Shown here one piece after another: positions 1-14,100 of a DNA stretch of 64,000 nt. This DNA is from Mobula hypostoma (Eukaryota), in NCBI RefSeq assembly GCF_963921235.1, contig NC_086097.1, positions 130,946,001 to 131,010,000 of the forward strand. The letters are read 5' to 3'. Made by a program: the position numbers and the translations under genes. The notes beneath the pieces were generated by a model. The model was not told the origin of the DNA. It saw nothing but the letters and a program-made list of their open reading frames with translations, and did no database searches. How positions within the stretch are numbered: position 1 is the stretch's first letter; each line of letters begins with the position of its first letter.

Positions 1-1649
1 ACTGTCACAACACGGAACAAAAGGGCAAAAATAAATGTAGCAATGCTCCAGGAAGGGGTTTTAAAAATTAGGCACTCTTAGATATACTTTAGTTATGTTG
101 GGGAGTTCTCTGTAAATTTCATTATGGAATATGCTAAATTTGAAATAATGGTTTCTGTAAATTGAAAATCTTAGCCACGATTTCAATGCATTGAAAACAG
201 CAATATTCTTAATACACTTTCAATAACGTCATGTCTGAATTTACTCTATCCCAAAAAGCAGAATCGATCACATTACAATTTGTCAGCACTTCACTGTGTA
301 CAAATTTCCTTGTATATTGTTGCTGTTCTTCACATCAGTTAACACTACAAATGATTCTTATTTTCAGAAGGTACAAAACCATCAGAAATGAAAATAAAGT
401 AGGAATGGCATAACAAATTATTTAGCCTCCATAGGAGAAATGATATTCCAAATGTTCACGCTTCAACAGATCTGAATCAATGCAAACTATTCTTCTTTCC
501 AGATGCTAACCAGTCATACATGCATATGTAGTATCCATCTTTAAATAAAAGTATTTCTGTAATTTCACATTTTACCCTGCATCGAAGGAGATGGGTGGAG
601 GGATGCATTAGGAGTTTCAAATTCCACGCTTAGATAGAGCAGTTTTTCGCGAATATTTTTGAAAGGAACTTGGATTTAGAAAAATGTGCACCCTTCCTTG
701 AGTTACAATAATAAAAATGACAGATTCAAAAATCCAAGTGAATTGAAATACCTATCTTTTTGTTCATTGTGATTAAAACCACAAGAAAAAACAGACTCAG
801 AAGTGAATCATCCAGGTTGATTCCTCTTACTTTATTGGAAATGATATGAGGCTAGATAGGAAACAATTATGAATTAAATTATTTTACATTTTAACATAAA
901 ATGCTGATTATGAACAAAATAGCAAATAAATTTGTAACTGTTGTAAATACTCAGGTTAAATAACATGTATGGAGAAAGGAACAACTAATATTTCAGGTCA
1001 ATGACATTTCATCAGTAATTTAAATACACATTTGCTCCAACTGTATTAGAATGACATTAGTTCAGACTACAAACAACTTGCTCTAACACACCCTCTTCTC
1101 TGAAAAGCATCAACTTGTAATACGCTATTGTCGATAGCAGCAATGAAGTCACTTGCAATTAGAAGCTAAAATGTGCACCTCATTCCCCCCCCTTTTAAAA
1201 CTCTCTTCAAAATTCACTGCAAAGCTAAAAGCCTTCCACAACAATTATGGGAAGACTTTCCGTGATCACCATTATTGAGATGATAACCTCTACAAAATCA
1301 TAAAGCTAATACAATGTCATGTGGCCTCAGAAGCATAATTAAACTTGAAAATCATAAGTGGCTTTGGTGAAACCCTACCCTTCCATGGGCAATCTTGTGG
1401 TAGTTTCGGCCGATAGAAACATGACAATGATCTCTTCTCCACAATTTATGAAAAAAAAAATTACTAGGTTAGAACTATCAGGAAAAACTGCATATATTGA
1501 TAAATACCTTTCTGGCTCTGAAAAATCAAATTTACAAACATTGAACCTCACCCTTGAAGACTGATGTAGATAATTTTAAACTTAAGGGAGACTCATCAAA
1601 AACTAGCCTACTGGCAATGGGTTCCAGGGACCCACCACCCCCTGTAAAA

Positions 1650-2110
1650 ATCCTACTTTTAATATCTCCCCTAAACCTTCCCTCCACTCACCTTAAACAA
1701 ATGTTCTTTGCTGCTTTTGGAGAAAGGTGCTGACTGTCCACTCTATCTAGGCCTCTCTTAAGCTTATATACCTCTTTCAAGTTGCCTCTCATGCTTTGTC
1801 ACTCCAAAAAGAAAAGCCCTAGCAGACTTAACCTTTCCTTATAAGACATGTTGTCTAATTCTGGGAGCATTCTGGTAAATCTCCTCTGCACCCTCATGAA
1901 AGCTTCCATATCCTTCCTATAATGAAGTAACAAGAACTGAACACAATATTCCAAGTGTGGTCTAACCAGAGTTTCACAGAGCTGCAACATTACCTCACAC
2001 ATCTTAAACTCAATCCCCTAATGAAAGCAGGCATATACACCTCTGTACCACCCTATCAACTTGTGCAGCAACAATGAGGGATCTTTGGACCTGCACCTCA
2101 AAATCCCTCT
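1650..2110 (-). mobile_element. CR1-clade LINE, decayed 3' ORF2 fragment
   Basis: ORF 1799-2002 has LVRPHLEYCVQF...RVQRRFTRMLP, the CR1 ORF2 C-terminal signature. Confidence 0.85.
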
Positions 2111-2889
2111 GTTACTGCAAAGGAAAACGAGTGGAGTTTGACAAAGTAAGGATACTCCTTGCAGGTTCAATCCTAATTGTTTTGTGGGAGGAGGTGATAG
2201 GGAGTTTGGGGGGGAAGGAAAGGAGCAAATATTTCTTTACCTGTGTTCTTGTGTACTCTTATCCTGCTCCCTTTACTAAAACAAAAGATACAGTTGATAA
2301 CCGTCTTTAAGAGCTTTCCTGCCAAACACCTGGGAGAGTTAAACATTACAAGTTTTCTCACATGCAGAGGGCAATCAAGTTTTCTCCCCTTTCAGCGATC
2401 AGTGAATGCTGTGGTATTTACCATCTTGGTCCAGTATACTGAAAGTAGTTGGAAGTTCAGCGAGTGAATTATGTTGAGGCCATAATCAATCTGGCTCACT
2501 CTGATTTTGAATTGTAGGCACTTCTAACAACTACTTTATCAGTTGTTGGCACATCCACATCAACATATTTCCCGTTTTGGATGATAGTATTTACAAACAA
2601 TCGTACACCATCTTATCCAATCAGACACCAAAAGAGTATTACTGAACAGCACAGTCTGAACCAGGAATTGAATTAGAACAGCAAATTCAATTTCACATCA
2701 AGTGCAAAGCTCAAAACATGGGGAAAAATAAACATTCTTTCCATCTGCAAAAATAATTATACTTTGAAGGACTAAGGTTTCATTTATTCATTTAATTTTC
2801 TCATGCTTGTGGATGTGCCTGGCAGTAATTAAGACTTCACATGCTCAATGGATTACTTTGATTAATATCATCAAAATTATGTGCAGCGT

Positions 2890-3235
2890 CGTATAATGTA
2901 GGCGATCATGGTCTTTCCATGACCATGATTGATCTTAGCAAATTTTTCTACAGAAGTGATTTGCTATTGTCTTCTTCTGGACAGTGTCTTTACAAGACAA
3001 GTAACCCTACCATTATCAATATTCTTCAGAGATTGTCTGACTGGCATCAGTGGTCACATAACCAGGTTGTAATATGCACCAGCTGCTCAAATGGTCATCC
3101 GCCACCTACTCCCATGGTTTCAAGTGACCCTGATAGGTGAGGGTTAAACCAGTGCTACACCTTGGCCAATGGTGACCTGCAGGCTAGCGGAAGGAAGGAA
3201 CGTTTTACACCTCCTTTGGTAAAGACATATTCACC
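2890..3235 (-). mobile_element. Probable SINE/short non-autonomous retroelement with RTE-related segment
   Basis: Contains gaagtgatttgctattgtcttct, resembling the GAAGTGGTTTGCCATTGCCTTCT motif I recall from RTE-associated SINEs. GC content is higher than the flanks. Confidence 0.45.
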
Positions 3236-5239
3236 ATGACACACATTGATTACAATAACTTCCTTTAACTTTGTGTGGGCAACTTTAATCCATACCTACC
3301 ATATCAATACAGGATTTTCCTTGCCAATTCATTTGAAAAGTTAGTCTGTTGATCTGATACACTCATACGCAGCTTACAAAGGCAGTGCTTCTCATTACTT
3401 GAACTCAGCAATTTTCACACTTAACTGTGCTTGTGCATATATTGGATGCTCATGCCTTATGTGCATGAGTAATAATGTTTTTTATGGAACACTTTTCATA
3501 TAAACAATGTAGTTCAAAGTGTTTTACAATAATCAGCATGCTAGTTTCCATTATGCTTTCCAGCACAGCCTGGCACAATAGCTAAGCTAATTGTCACCAC
3601 TAAATCAGCCCTGGTGTTGTACTGCAAAATTTCAGCCCAAATTCTGAGTTTTTCCTTTAGTGGAATCTGGAACAAACTCTGTGCCTCAAGAAGCATCTCT
3701 AGAGGCAAAACGTACAAGTTGATGTTCTGTTTGAGATCCTGCAACAGGACAACCAATAAATGAAGGTAGGACTCCTAATCAAGCATCAAAGCATTTAACT
3801 CATAATTTAGTCAATCCATTTTGAGTTCATCATTCAGAGCTGATATAGCTAGTGTTGTTAGCTCAATGATACAATACCATTCTACTGCTACAACAAAAAT
3901 AGAATAGAAAACTGTCACACAAGATCGAGTGCTAGTGAAAAACTAGTTTTCAAGTGCCCAATATTACTCTTTCCTCAACAACCACCTCCTTGAAGTGAAT
4001 AATCTGTTTACAATGGCTAATTTAACAAACACATGATCAATTCCAACTTTTATGTATTCATCTATCAAAAGTGGAAGGGACTTTGTGATGAATGGCAATT
4101 TCATGGCAAATTAATTTATTAATAAGCATCCAGCTGTTCAATAACAGTTATATGCTGAAGCTTTTCAAGAATTACTTATCTAAAGTAACTTAATCGGTCA
4201 ACTAAAACATGGCAATATTACAGGCAATTCAAGCAATGAAAGGCTGACTTTGACAGGGATAATAACGTTCCTACTTAGTTACACAAGCGGTAATCATATT
4301 TCATTACCATTACATTAGCTTATCTAGGGAAAAGAGTTGATACTGCACCATCATAAACCTTTCATGTACTGCTACTGATATGCAGTCCACCATAGCAATT
4401 ACTGCTGGCTGTTGCTTTATAAACTGAATTATCCTGACACTTAATATATCAGCCTCTCATTACATGGTTTATATTTTGAAATGGAGACTATATTAAAAGC
4501 AGAAATTTTAAAGTGAACAGCAAACTGTTAATTTTAAAGTCTATCTGTTTTCTACAGTGAGACTGCTTTTTTAAGAATGGCACTTCTGCATTTAAGCTAA
4601 CAAAAATAATTATCTGATTTCATATTTCTTAAAAATATTTACACATGTATACAATATGATCAGGATGACAAATGCCATATAAAACTCACTAGAAGCAGAG
4701 CAGCATGACAGAAAAAGGACAAGACTACCGTGTAATGAATGGCAGAAGGCAGCCTGACAAGTTGCCAGCAAGTACATTTTGTTTGGGTGCCCTAGTCCAG
4801 ATAAATTCAGTGTCACAATCTAAGTACCTGAACCCTGATGTAAGTAAAGTCTAGCAGAACAACATGTTTTATTCATAAATGCCTGTATATTTAGCAGCTT
4901 AGTGAGCTAACAGCCTGAAAGGACATGGTTGATAGAAGCACCTGAAACTAAATCTGACCTGAAGGTGGCATTTTCACACAATACAGTTTCCAACAAGCTT
5001 GCATACATGCCCTTGCTCAGTAACTGTATTTCCACTGTGCGTGGTAATATAATAAATGTTTTATTTGTAGACTTTAAAAGCTGCAAGCACAGTCGTAAAA
5101 TGTGGGTACAAGTTACAATCTATTATACATTTCCACAAGGAAAAGCCAATATTATTGACGGTACAAACAAAAGAATGGAGAATTTAACATCCAATGATGC
5201 AAAAGCTCAAGAAAACTATGGATAGAACCTTTCCACAAG

Positions 5240-5655
5240 TACTCACTTGAATTCAGAAGGATAAAATTGGGATCCCTTTGAAATCTATCGAATATTGAAT
5301 GGCCTCGATAGAGTGGATATGGAGAAGATGATTCTTATGGCGAAGAAGTCTAAGAACAGAGGACACAGCCTCCGAAAAGAGGGACATTTATTTGGAATGG
5401 AGACTAGGAGAAATTTCTTTAGCCAGAGAGTGGTGAATCTCTGGAATTCTTTGCCACAGGCAGCTGTGGAGGCCAAGTCACTGGGTACACTGAAGGCAGA
5501 GGTTGATAGATTCTTGATTAGTCAGGGTATGAAGGGTTACAGGGAGAAAGCAGGAGACTGGGGCTGAGCGGGAAATGGATCAGCCATGATTAAATGGCAG
5601 AGCAGACTCAATGGGCCAAATGGCCTAATTCTGCTCCTATATCTTATGGTCTTAT
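5240..5655 (+). mobile_element. CR1 LINE 3' end
   Basis: ORF GLDRVD...RGHSL...RRNFFSQRVVNLWNSLP, followed by the 3'UTR stem gggccaaatggcct and a tcttatgg-type tail. Confidence 0.9.
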
Positions 5656-5849
5656 AATGAAGCTCTCCTTTGAGTCTGTTATAGCTAGAATTTTAAGAAA
5701 AACTGTTGTTAAAGCAAACAGACAATAACTTGAGTGTAATACTCAAGAATTAATAAATGTAATTTTATAAAGACTTCTGTAAAAGAGGGACATGTACTTC
5801 TCTACCATTCCATATCATGGCTAATCCTGTTTCAATATTAAATTCCCAC

Positions 5850-6320
5850 CATCTCACCATACCTCTTCATGCCTTGTGCCTAGAAACTATTTCCTTCTTA
5901 AGTTTATTGAGAAAACTTGCTTCCACAGCCTTCTGTAGTTAAGAATTTCACAGGTGAACCAACCTCAGTGAAGACTCTCCATGTTCCAAGACTAGGACCG
6001 CTGGTTCTACATCAGTTTTCTCTGCCATGGGGACATATTTGACCTGCATGCAGCATGTCAAGTCAGAAATTTGTATGTTTCAATGAGTTCATTACTAATT
6101 TTCTAACCTTTCGAAAATATAATTTTAGTTGATATAATTTTGCCTCATATGCCCAATCTGCCATCATGGAAATCATTCTTAAGACCTTCATTGAACTCCC
6201 TAATGGCAAATGCATCTTTTCTTAGTCAAGGAGACCAAAACTTCACACTGTACTCCAGATATAATCTCACCAAGAACTCCGTATCATAGAATAGTAAGAT
6301 ATCCTTGTTGTACAATGTGA
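5850..6320 (-). mobile_element. Old CR1 LINE fragment
   Basis: Degenerate reverse-complement CR1 3' ORF2 motifs (ccacagccttctgtagttaagaattt; gaccaaaacttcacactgtactcca). Confidence 0.6.
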
Positions 6321-6369
6321 AAGTAATAACTGACTATAGAAGTTTTGTGACTGGTTATCAGGGCTCTGG

Positions 6370-6890
6370 GGAAACTCAGACATGGCAAAGAGTTGGAACC
6401 AGATGGTGTGAACCCCAAGCTCCTGAAGGAACGTGCTGAGCAGTTGTGTGGTGTATTTCAATCTGAGGATCAGCCTGGAAAGGGTCGCAACTGTGTGGAA
6501 AACATCATGTGTGGTCCCAGTACCCAAGAAGGGGCAATTGAAAGTCTTGAATGAGTACCATCCAGTGGCCCTGACTTCACACATCATGAAGATCCTAAAG
6601 AGGCTAGTCCTCGATCACCTCTAACCCCTGGTCAGATCAGTCCTCGATCCCCTGCAGCGTACCTACCAGAAGCGCACTGGAGTCAACGCTGCTGTCATCT
6701 ACCTGCCGAATAAAGCCGACTCCCATCTGGATAAGCAGGGCAGCACTGAGGATCATGTTTTTTGATTTCTTAAGTGCCCTCAATACCATACAGCCCTCAC
6801 TGCTGGGGGGAAAGCTCCATTCAATGAAGACTAGCACTTCCATTGTATCCTGGATAATGGACTGCAGACCACAGTATGTGCAGCTTCAGA
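6370..6890 (+). mobile_element. Rex1/Babar-type LINE reverse-transcriptase fragment
   Basis: WKTSCVVPVPKK...LNEYHPVALTSHIMK..RLV motif; disrupted by stops. Confidence 0.8.
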
Positions 6891-6891
6891 A

Positions 6892-7345
6892 GTTTACCAG
6901 GCTGTTGCTAGATTAGAGGATATGAGCTATATGGGGAAGCTGGGCAAACTTGGGTTGATTTCTCTGCAGCACTGAAGGCTAAAGGAATATCCTACAAAAG
7001 TTTAATATTATGAGAGACGTTGGCTGTATAGACAGTCAGAATATGTTCTCGTGTACAAATGTCAAATGTGAGAAGATAATTCAGTTACAGGAAAAGGGGG
7101 AAAGTTGAAAGAAGATATGTGGGGCAAGTTTTGATTTTTTAAGCACTGTGGTAAGTGTCTGGAATGCGCTACCAGAGGTAGTGGTACAAGTAGATACAAT
7201 AGTTGTACTTAGTAGCTTCTGGATAGACATGTGAATGTGCAGAGAATGGAGTGATATGGATCATCTTAACTGCAGAAGATATTTAGTTTAATTTAGCATT
7301 ATCTTTGGCACAGGCACAGGCCCAAGGGCCCGATCCTCTGCTGTG
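6892..7345 (+). mobile_element. Old CR1 LINE 3' end
   Basis: Degenerate tttaccaggctgttg...tctggaatgcgctaccagagg and 3'UTR-like aagggcccgatcctctgctgtgct. Confidence 0.7.
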
Positions 7346-7389
7346 CTCTTCTAGGTTTAATGTGCTACGCAGTCATTTCAAAAAAAATT

Positions 7390-7635
7390 TATTTAGAGAT
7401 ACCGTGTGGAATCGGCCCTTCCAGCACATCAAGCCGCGCTACCCAGCCACCCACCTATTAACACTAGCCTCATCACAGGACAATTTACAATGACCGATTA
7501 ACCGACTAGCAGGTACATATTTGGACTGTGGGAGGAAACCCAGTTGCCCAGAGGAAACCCGCGCTTCACGAGTGGGACCTACAAACTTTAAATTCCGACA
7601 CCCCGAGCTGTAATAGCTACACTACCATGGCACCC
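7390..7635 (-). mobile_element. V-SINE (HE1-like)
   Basis: Reverse complement of the V-domain core (GGGTTTCCTCYGGG...GGTTTCCTCCCACAGTCCAAA) at about 7520-7562; similar to the copies at 55750 and 58265. Confidence 0.75.
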
Positions 7636-7688
7636 TATCTCCACAAAAACTTAAATGCTTTTATATCCCACATATCTGTTGCATCTAC

Positions 7689-8371
7689 TTTTTTTTTCTT
7701 TTTTTTAGATTATGAGAACACTCAGTCCTCTTTTATTGTCATTTAGAAATGCATACATGCATTAAGAAATGATACAATCTTTCTCCGGAGTGATATCACA
7801 GAAAATAGGACAAATCAAAGACTAACACTGACAGAACCACATAATTATAACATATAGTTATAGCAGTACAAAGCAATACCATAATTTGATGAAGAACAAA
7901 CTGTGGGCACGGTAAAAAAAAAGTCTCGAAGTCCCAGAGTTGATTGACTCCCAAGTCCCCGATAGCAGGCGGCAAAAGGGAGAAACTCCCTGCCATAAAC
8001 CTCCAGGCACCATCTAATTGCCGATGCCTTGGAAGCAGCCGACCACAGCCGACACTGAGTCCGTCCGTCTTAAAACTTCGAGCCTCCGACCAGCCCCTCC
8101 GATACAGCCTCCCGAGCGCCATTGACTTAGCCCCAGCTGCTGAAACAAGCAAAGCCAAGGAGGGGCCTTCTGCTCCAGGGATTCCAGTTACCACACAGCA
8201 GCAGTAGCAGCAAAGTGGGCATTTCAGAAGTTTTCCAGATGTTCCTCCGTACTCTCACATCCGTCTCCATCAAATCAGAATTGTGCACGGTCCCCTACTT
8301 GACAGATTACAGATATTATTCACTGGAGAGGCCACACGCACTGCCGTCGCGCCGCCATCTTCTCCTCCTCC
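7689..8371 (-). mobile_element. Non-autonomous retroelement, about 680 bp, with a Rex1-like 3' end and A-rich tail
   Basis: 5' end GGAGAAGATGGCGGCG; 3' end AAATGACAATAAAAG followed by an A-rich tail. The 3' motif is shared with the Rex1-type LINE ending at 21404. Confidence 0.65.
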
Positions 8372-9949
8372 TTGCAGTAGATATTGAAAGTTTTTAAAAA
8401 TCTAATCATCTGATACTAATGGCAGACAATAATCAATTACCAGCTATCGTCAAATGCCATGTTTTTATTGCAGTATAGATATTATGAATATGAAAATGAA
8501 TATAAAAATATTCTATTGTTAAAATCTACGGGTAGTCATATGTTGAACATCTCATAAGTCAATGTATTTCCACACTCTCTCCTCTGAACTATTACCAACA
8601 TAAATCCTCCTTAACAATTTATTTTCCATCACACTATTTCACAAGGGGCATTTCAAAGTGATCTTTACCCTTTTTGTCAATGGCTGCCCTCATCCATCAA
8701 TTTCATACAGAATTATAACACAGATCAATGCAGTTCAAGACCACTAAGCATTCTGTGGCCCTTGTGAATGGTAGACAGTGCAGATATTCATTTAATACAG
8801 AGCTCAGACTATGGTATGTATTGGTCAGAAGCATTTCCTCCTACTTCAGCAGTTAATTCTATCAATAACTCATCTTACAGGTTTTGAAAACTGAAAAGAG
8901 AGATTCCAGTTGGTGCTCTGTCTGCTCTTACTGGACAATACTGTATCAGATACTAGACAGCTGGATAATGACCATATCCCTCCAAGTTATTTATAAAAAT
9001 TACTATCTTCTACTATACTGCCTAAAAAAACTTGCAGTGTTTGCTTGCAAATCACCAAAGTTTAGAATCTCTTCAAATCTTTACCATAAAAGCAACAGTT
9101 ATAATTGCAACTTGTTAGAAACCGCTAGCACTATAACATAAAAATAAACTAATGTACTGTAATGGACTTCAAAATAAATGTGCATTACAACACATGTTTT
9201 GAGGGAAATGCTAATTAAAAAGCAGCTAGGCAAATTGATAGATAATTTCGGCAGAGGAAAAAATGGGATTATCATTCAACATTGTACATAAGGCGTGCAC
9301 CTCAAAATACACAAAATGTTGATGTAAAGTTTTTGCTGCTAACACCAGTCCAGAAGATGATCTAATTGTATTAACATATAATACTGCCAACACTGTTGCC
9401 CTGGGACAGAATGGATGAATATCATTTAGAGAGCAATTTTAAATTAAGCAAATGAATAGCTTTTTTTTCCTCCTGAAAATCTGCACAAGTTGTAGCAATC
9501 ACTGAAGCCTGAAGTGCATCAATTTCCCTCGCTACAAGCAAACCAGTTTGCTGTAATAACAACTTTGGGCATTGCTGTCACAGCCAAAAATAGTGTACGT
9601 GATTTCTGAAAAAGACAAAGTCCATTACTTATACTGAGGTGTATGTATTCCTCACAAAATTAAAATTAAGCATTCTTCACAGGAACATCCTCAGTAGACA
9701 TGATGGTCCAGGGAATTTAAAAATTGAGTTGATCAGATTTAGAGCCTCTGGTGATCACCTTCAGTCGTGCAACATGATGGCTGGTCTCATTTAGCTTGCT
9801 TGCCTACTTTAACCAAAAAAAAAGTATTAATAAGTTGAAGCAATATTTTGAGAAAACCCCAATTACAGAGTTTTGGTGTAATCATAGTTCTAATCAAACT
9901 TTTTTTTAATCACCACTACCAAAATACATGAATTCAGAGCTACAGATCA

Positions 9950-10730
9950 AGGAACATAGAACATTGAAATCTACAGCATATTACAGGCCTTTCACAACAA
10001 TGTTGTGCCAACCATGTAACCTACTCTAGAAACTGCCTAGAATTTCCCTAGCACGTAGCCCTCTACTTTTCTAAGCTCCGTGTACCTATCTAAGAGACTC
10101 TTAAAAGACTATTATATTCGCTTCCACCACCGTCTCTGGCAGTGCATTCCATGCACTCACCACTGTGTGTGTGGAAAACTTACCCCTGACATCCCGTCGG
10201 TACCCATTTCCAAGCACCTTAAAACTATGCCCTGGGAAAATGCCTCTGGCTATCCACACGATCAATGCCCCTCACTATCTTATACACCTCTCATCAGGAC
10301 ACTTTTCATCCTCCGTCACTTCAAAAAGAAAAGTTCACTCAAACTGTTCTCATTAGGTTAGCCCTCCAATCAAGACAACATCCTTTCAAATCTCCTTTGC
10401 ACTTGCTCTACAGCATCCACATCCTTCCTGTAAGTTAGGTGGCCAGAACTGAACACAGTACTCCAAGTGGGATCTGACCAAGGTCTTATACATCTGTAAC
10501 ATTACCTCATGGCTCTTGAACTCAATCTCAATTGATGAATGCCAATATACCATACACCTTCTTAATAACACTATCAACCTGTGCAGCAGCTTTGAGTGTC
10601 CTGTGGACATGGATCCTAAGATCTTGCAGATCCTCCACACTGCCAAGAGTCTGACCATTAATAATATATTCTGTCTTCAAATTTGACCTACCAAAATGAA
10701 CCATTTCACACTTACTGTATTTGGGTTGAA
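9950..10730 (-). mobile_element. CR1 LINE 3' fragment
   Basis: ORF IEFKSHEVMLQMYKTLVRSHLEYCVQFW; ttctatg-type tail at about 9953-9965. Confidence 0.88.
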
Positions 10731-11099
10731 CTAAACATTATTTCTCAAAATGAACTGAGCTCGTTTGATATTACCTTCTGCATTATCCCAGCAGAAATAG
10801 TTGCTGAAAACCTTCTCCCAGATTACTGCAAATGGTCAGCAAAGAAAAATGGATTTGCATGCTTATTCTGAATACAGTGTAATACAAAGTTTAGCCTAGT
10901 TCTATAGAACATACACAGTTAACTGCCGTCAGCAGAACATCAAATTCTTAACTTTGCATGACAAATCCACCGCATTTCAACAATTTAATTTAAAATTAGT
11001 GGTCCTCTTTGCAATGGCAGAGGACATGCATGGTTAAGAAATGTTGTATGTTTTAATCAACATGTTTACCTGTGCAGTCTCAACCAGATTCACGATACC

Positions 11100-11190
11100 A
11101 AGCAAGACACACAAAATGTTGGAGGACCTCAGCAGGCCAGACAGCATCCATGGAAAAAAGTACAGCTGACATTTTGGGCCAAGATTTCTA
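11100..11190 (-). mobile_element. Penelope-like terminal repeat remnant
   Basis: acacacaaaatgttggaggacctcagcaggccagacagcatc aligns with the 17571-17670 arm. Confidence 0.7.
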
Positions 11191-14100
11191 GACCAAGTTG
11201 CTAGCTGGTGGCTCTTGCCGAAAATTTCATTTTGTGAGGATGGTGATAAAGTTGAGGTTTGGCTGCCCTGCAAGTATCAGTAATTAAATAGATCTCAGAA
11301 CTGCATAAACAATCTTGTGTACGATTAATGGAAAGTGATGTGAAACAAATGCTGGTTATGAAATAAATGCATGAAATAAGGATCCAAATTTCTTGCCCGC
11401 TTTCTGAAGAAGTCCTTAGTAATTTGTTTCCTGAATATACAAGGCTAAATATATTTGATTTTCTATGAAGCATGGAAGATGTTATGCAATATATAACATG
11501 CAAAATTTGGCTGAATTTATTAGAAAGCAATAACATTTCCTTAATACCATATAGTACCGCAAAAACTGACCTGTTCCTTTTCTCATTGGCAGAAATAATG
11601 ATGTCTGTCTTCCTTCTCAAGCAATGTTTCCAATTAATTTTTTACTAAGGCAAACATTAGCTACAATTAATACCAGTTTAGCCTCAGCAAAATTGAATTA
11701 TTAAATCTGTCTGCCAATATCCAATTACATCCTACTTATGAATACTTGATTTTATTTTGTATAATTGACAAGGGCTGTCAGGTACGGATGGGTTTGAGGG
11801 CAATCAAGTTAAGATCAACAGATATAGCTGTCACATAGGACAAAGTGTGTCAAGAGTTGGCAAAGGCACTGACAGGTTATGTATAAAGGGTCCATGTGAA
11901 CCTGTCATAAACAGTTAATAAAATGGCTTGTAATATTAGCAGACTGCCTGCTGCTACTCAGAATCAAAAACCCATTGAAATGTTAGGATACAAGATTGCA
12001 CCCAACAAAAGAGATGGAACACTTGACTGTGGACTTCTGTAAATATAATACCAGATCATTTACCGTCAACTTGTACTTAAATCATTTATACAGTTCGAAA
12101 GAATAAATACATGAAAATTTTAAATGGAAAATAAGGAACACGCTTGGCATGAGATATGATTACAAAAATCCACAGTATGTTTCTAATAATAAATATTACT
12201 AAACACGCAAACTACAATGTCAACATTTTTAAATTGGCACTTATAAGTGATTGATGAAGCTTCCTTCCAAAGCAACTCACACTTTAAATACCACCGAAAT
12301 AAATTTGTGCACTCGAGATATTTGATCTGAATTAAGAAACTGATGATGCAATTGATTAATTGGAATTTAAGCCATCAGTCACTGGATCCATTAGTTTCTT
12401 TCACCAGATTCATTTACATTCTAAACAATCAGCTGATGGCTCAATAGGATACCATGTATTAATACACAGTCAATATGATCCTACTGAACTCATCAGAATT
12501 CCTTATTGACAGCAGCAGAAATGCTTTAAATCCAAGCTTGATCAGATTGCATATGCTTAAGCAGTCTTATATTGACTAGACATTTTTAAATTCTGACAGC
12601 ATTATAAAAATGCTGCAATCTGCAATGTACAACACAAAATGTAATCCTGTAAAGGGTCACAAGAAAGCTCAGCAATATTAAACTTGGGACAGGAGAAATC
12701 AGCTTAAAAACAAAGTTTTACACGAATCAAAAGCTCAATCTTATTATAAATATTTAATCCTTTCAAACATAAATACAAAACTGTTGATTAATAAAAATCC
12801 AGATATGCTGAGTTTTTTGTTAAAGATCATTATTTCACAATTCTTTAAATATTAAGTATTTGTAGGCTCAATGCTTTAACTATTAGACTGTATCATCACA
12901 TCAGTGGGTGTTGCACCATATTTGTATTTAACTTTCATGGTATATTTACAAGGCATCCACTCAGGAAAAGAGAAAGGAGCTCCTCGAGGGCTCAGAAGTA
13001 AATTGGAGGCAAATTATGTCACTGTTTGTGGCCTTGATCAAGTTCAGCAATTTCAGATTGTTGATAAGTATCTCAATTGTGTTGGCAGAAAATCTACCAC
13101 TTCACAGTTCTAGGTTACTCATTGCTGTTCACATATTGTGACAATTTTAGCTAATATTCACTTTCATTGGTAATAATATTTTTGGCTATCAAAGGTTATC
13201 TTTGAAGTTGTTCCCAGTTTAAATCTCCTATGGCCATCCCAAAAAGGAGTTGAAGTGAAAAAAAGGTTAAATAAGAGGTAGGCTGAGAGCCAAAAGCAAT
13301 TACTGACATTAAAAAGTGGACTAAGACCAAGTAGTTGAGACATGGTCCCACATACACCAGACATGAAGTCAAGGTTTTTAAATATGTAAACATGCTTTGA
13401 TAAACCATTAGTTTCACAAGCTACTATGATTGAACAAATCGTCAGCCAATGCAATCACTATTCTTTCAAAATCTGCTCAACATATATAAACAAGAGGCAC
13501 TTTACATCCAGGACTATGATATGCAAAACAAACTGAAAGAGCCATTTAGCATTCCACAAGTAACCTGTAAGTTTTTATTTACAAATTAAATATCCCCATA
13601 TCCCAAGTATGGATAATTTCTGGTAGCTCAAACAATGAAAGCATACTTCTAATACTGCATGAGGTACATGCATTAATTTCATTTTCACAACATCACTTTC
13701 CCTTTTTGGATGTTTGAGCTCAAAATTTACAGATACTCAAATAGAATAAATTATCCCCTTCGAAAATGGATCGTTTTCCCTAAGCACTGAAAGTGTTGAA
13801 TTTTGGGAATAAATTACAAATGCTTGAATATTGAACATGTTCTAAAGGGTGACCTGATAAAGAATTTATAAAAGTCGAAGCAGACATTTACACTTGTAGA
13901 TGGTAACAGAATTAGGAATTATAAATACAATGGTCACTAATAAACCCAACCGGGAATTCAGGATTAGTGCACAAAAGTGGAATGCTTAACAGGGTGTAGA
14001 GATGAAAATCAAAAAACGCATCTAAGGAGTGCATCAAGTTAAAAAAAAAAATTGCAGAAGAAATTAGTTACACTGTGGCAAGGCTGGAAGGAGATTTAGT

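Noticed and set aside
7796..8207. Overlapping 132-aa and 87-aa ORFs
   Set aside because: Inside a GC-rich non-autonomous repeat, non-ATG starts, no domain similarity.
11201..11620. 139-aa ORF in unique sequence
   Set aside because: No ATP9B or other recognisable similarity, non-ATG start, composition typical of AT-rich intron.
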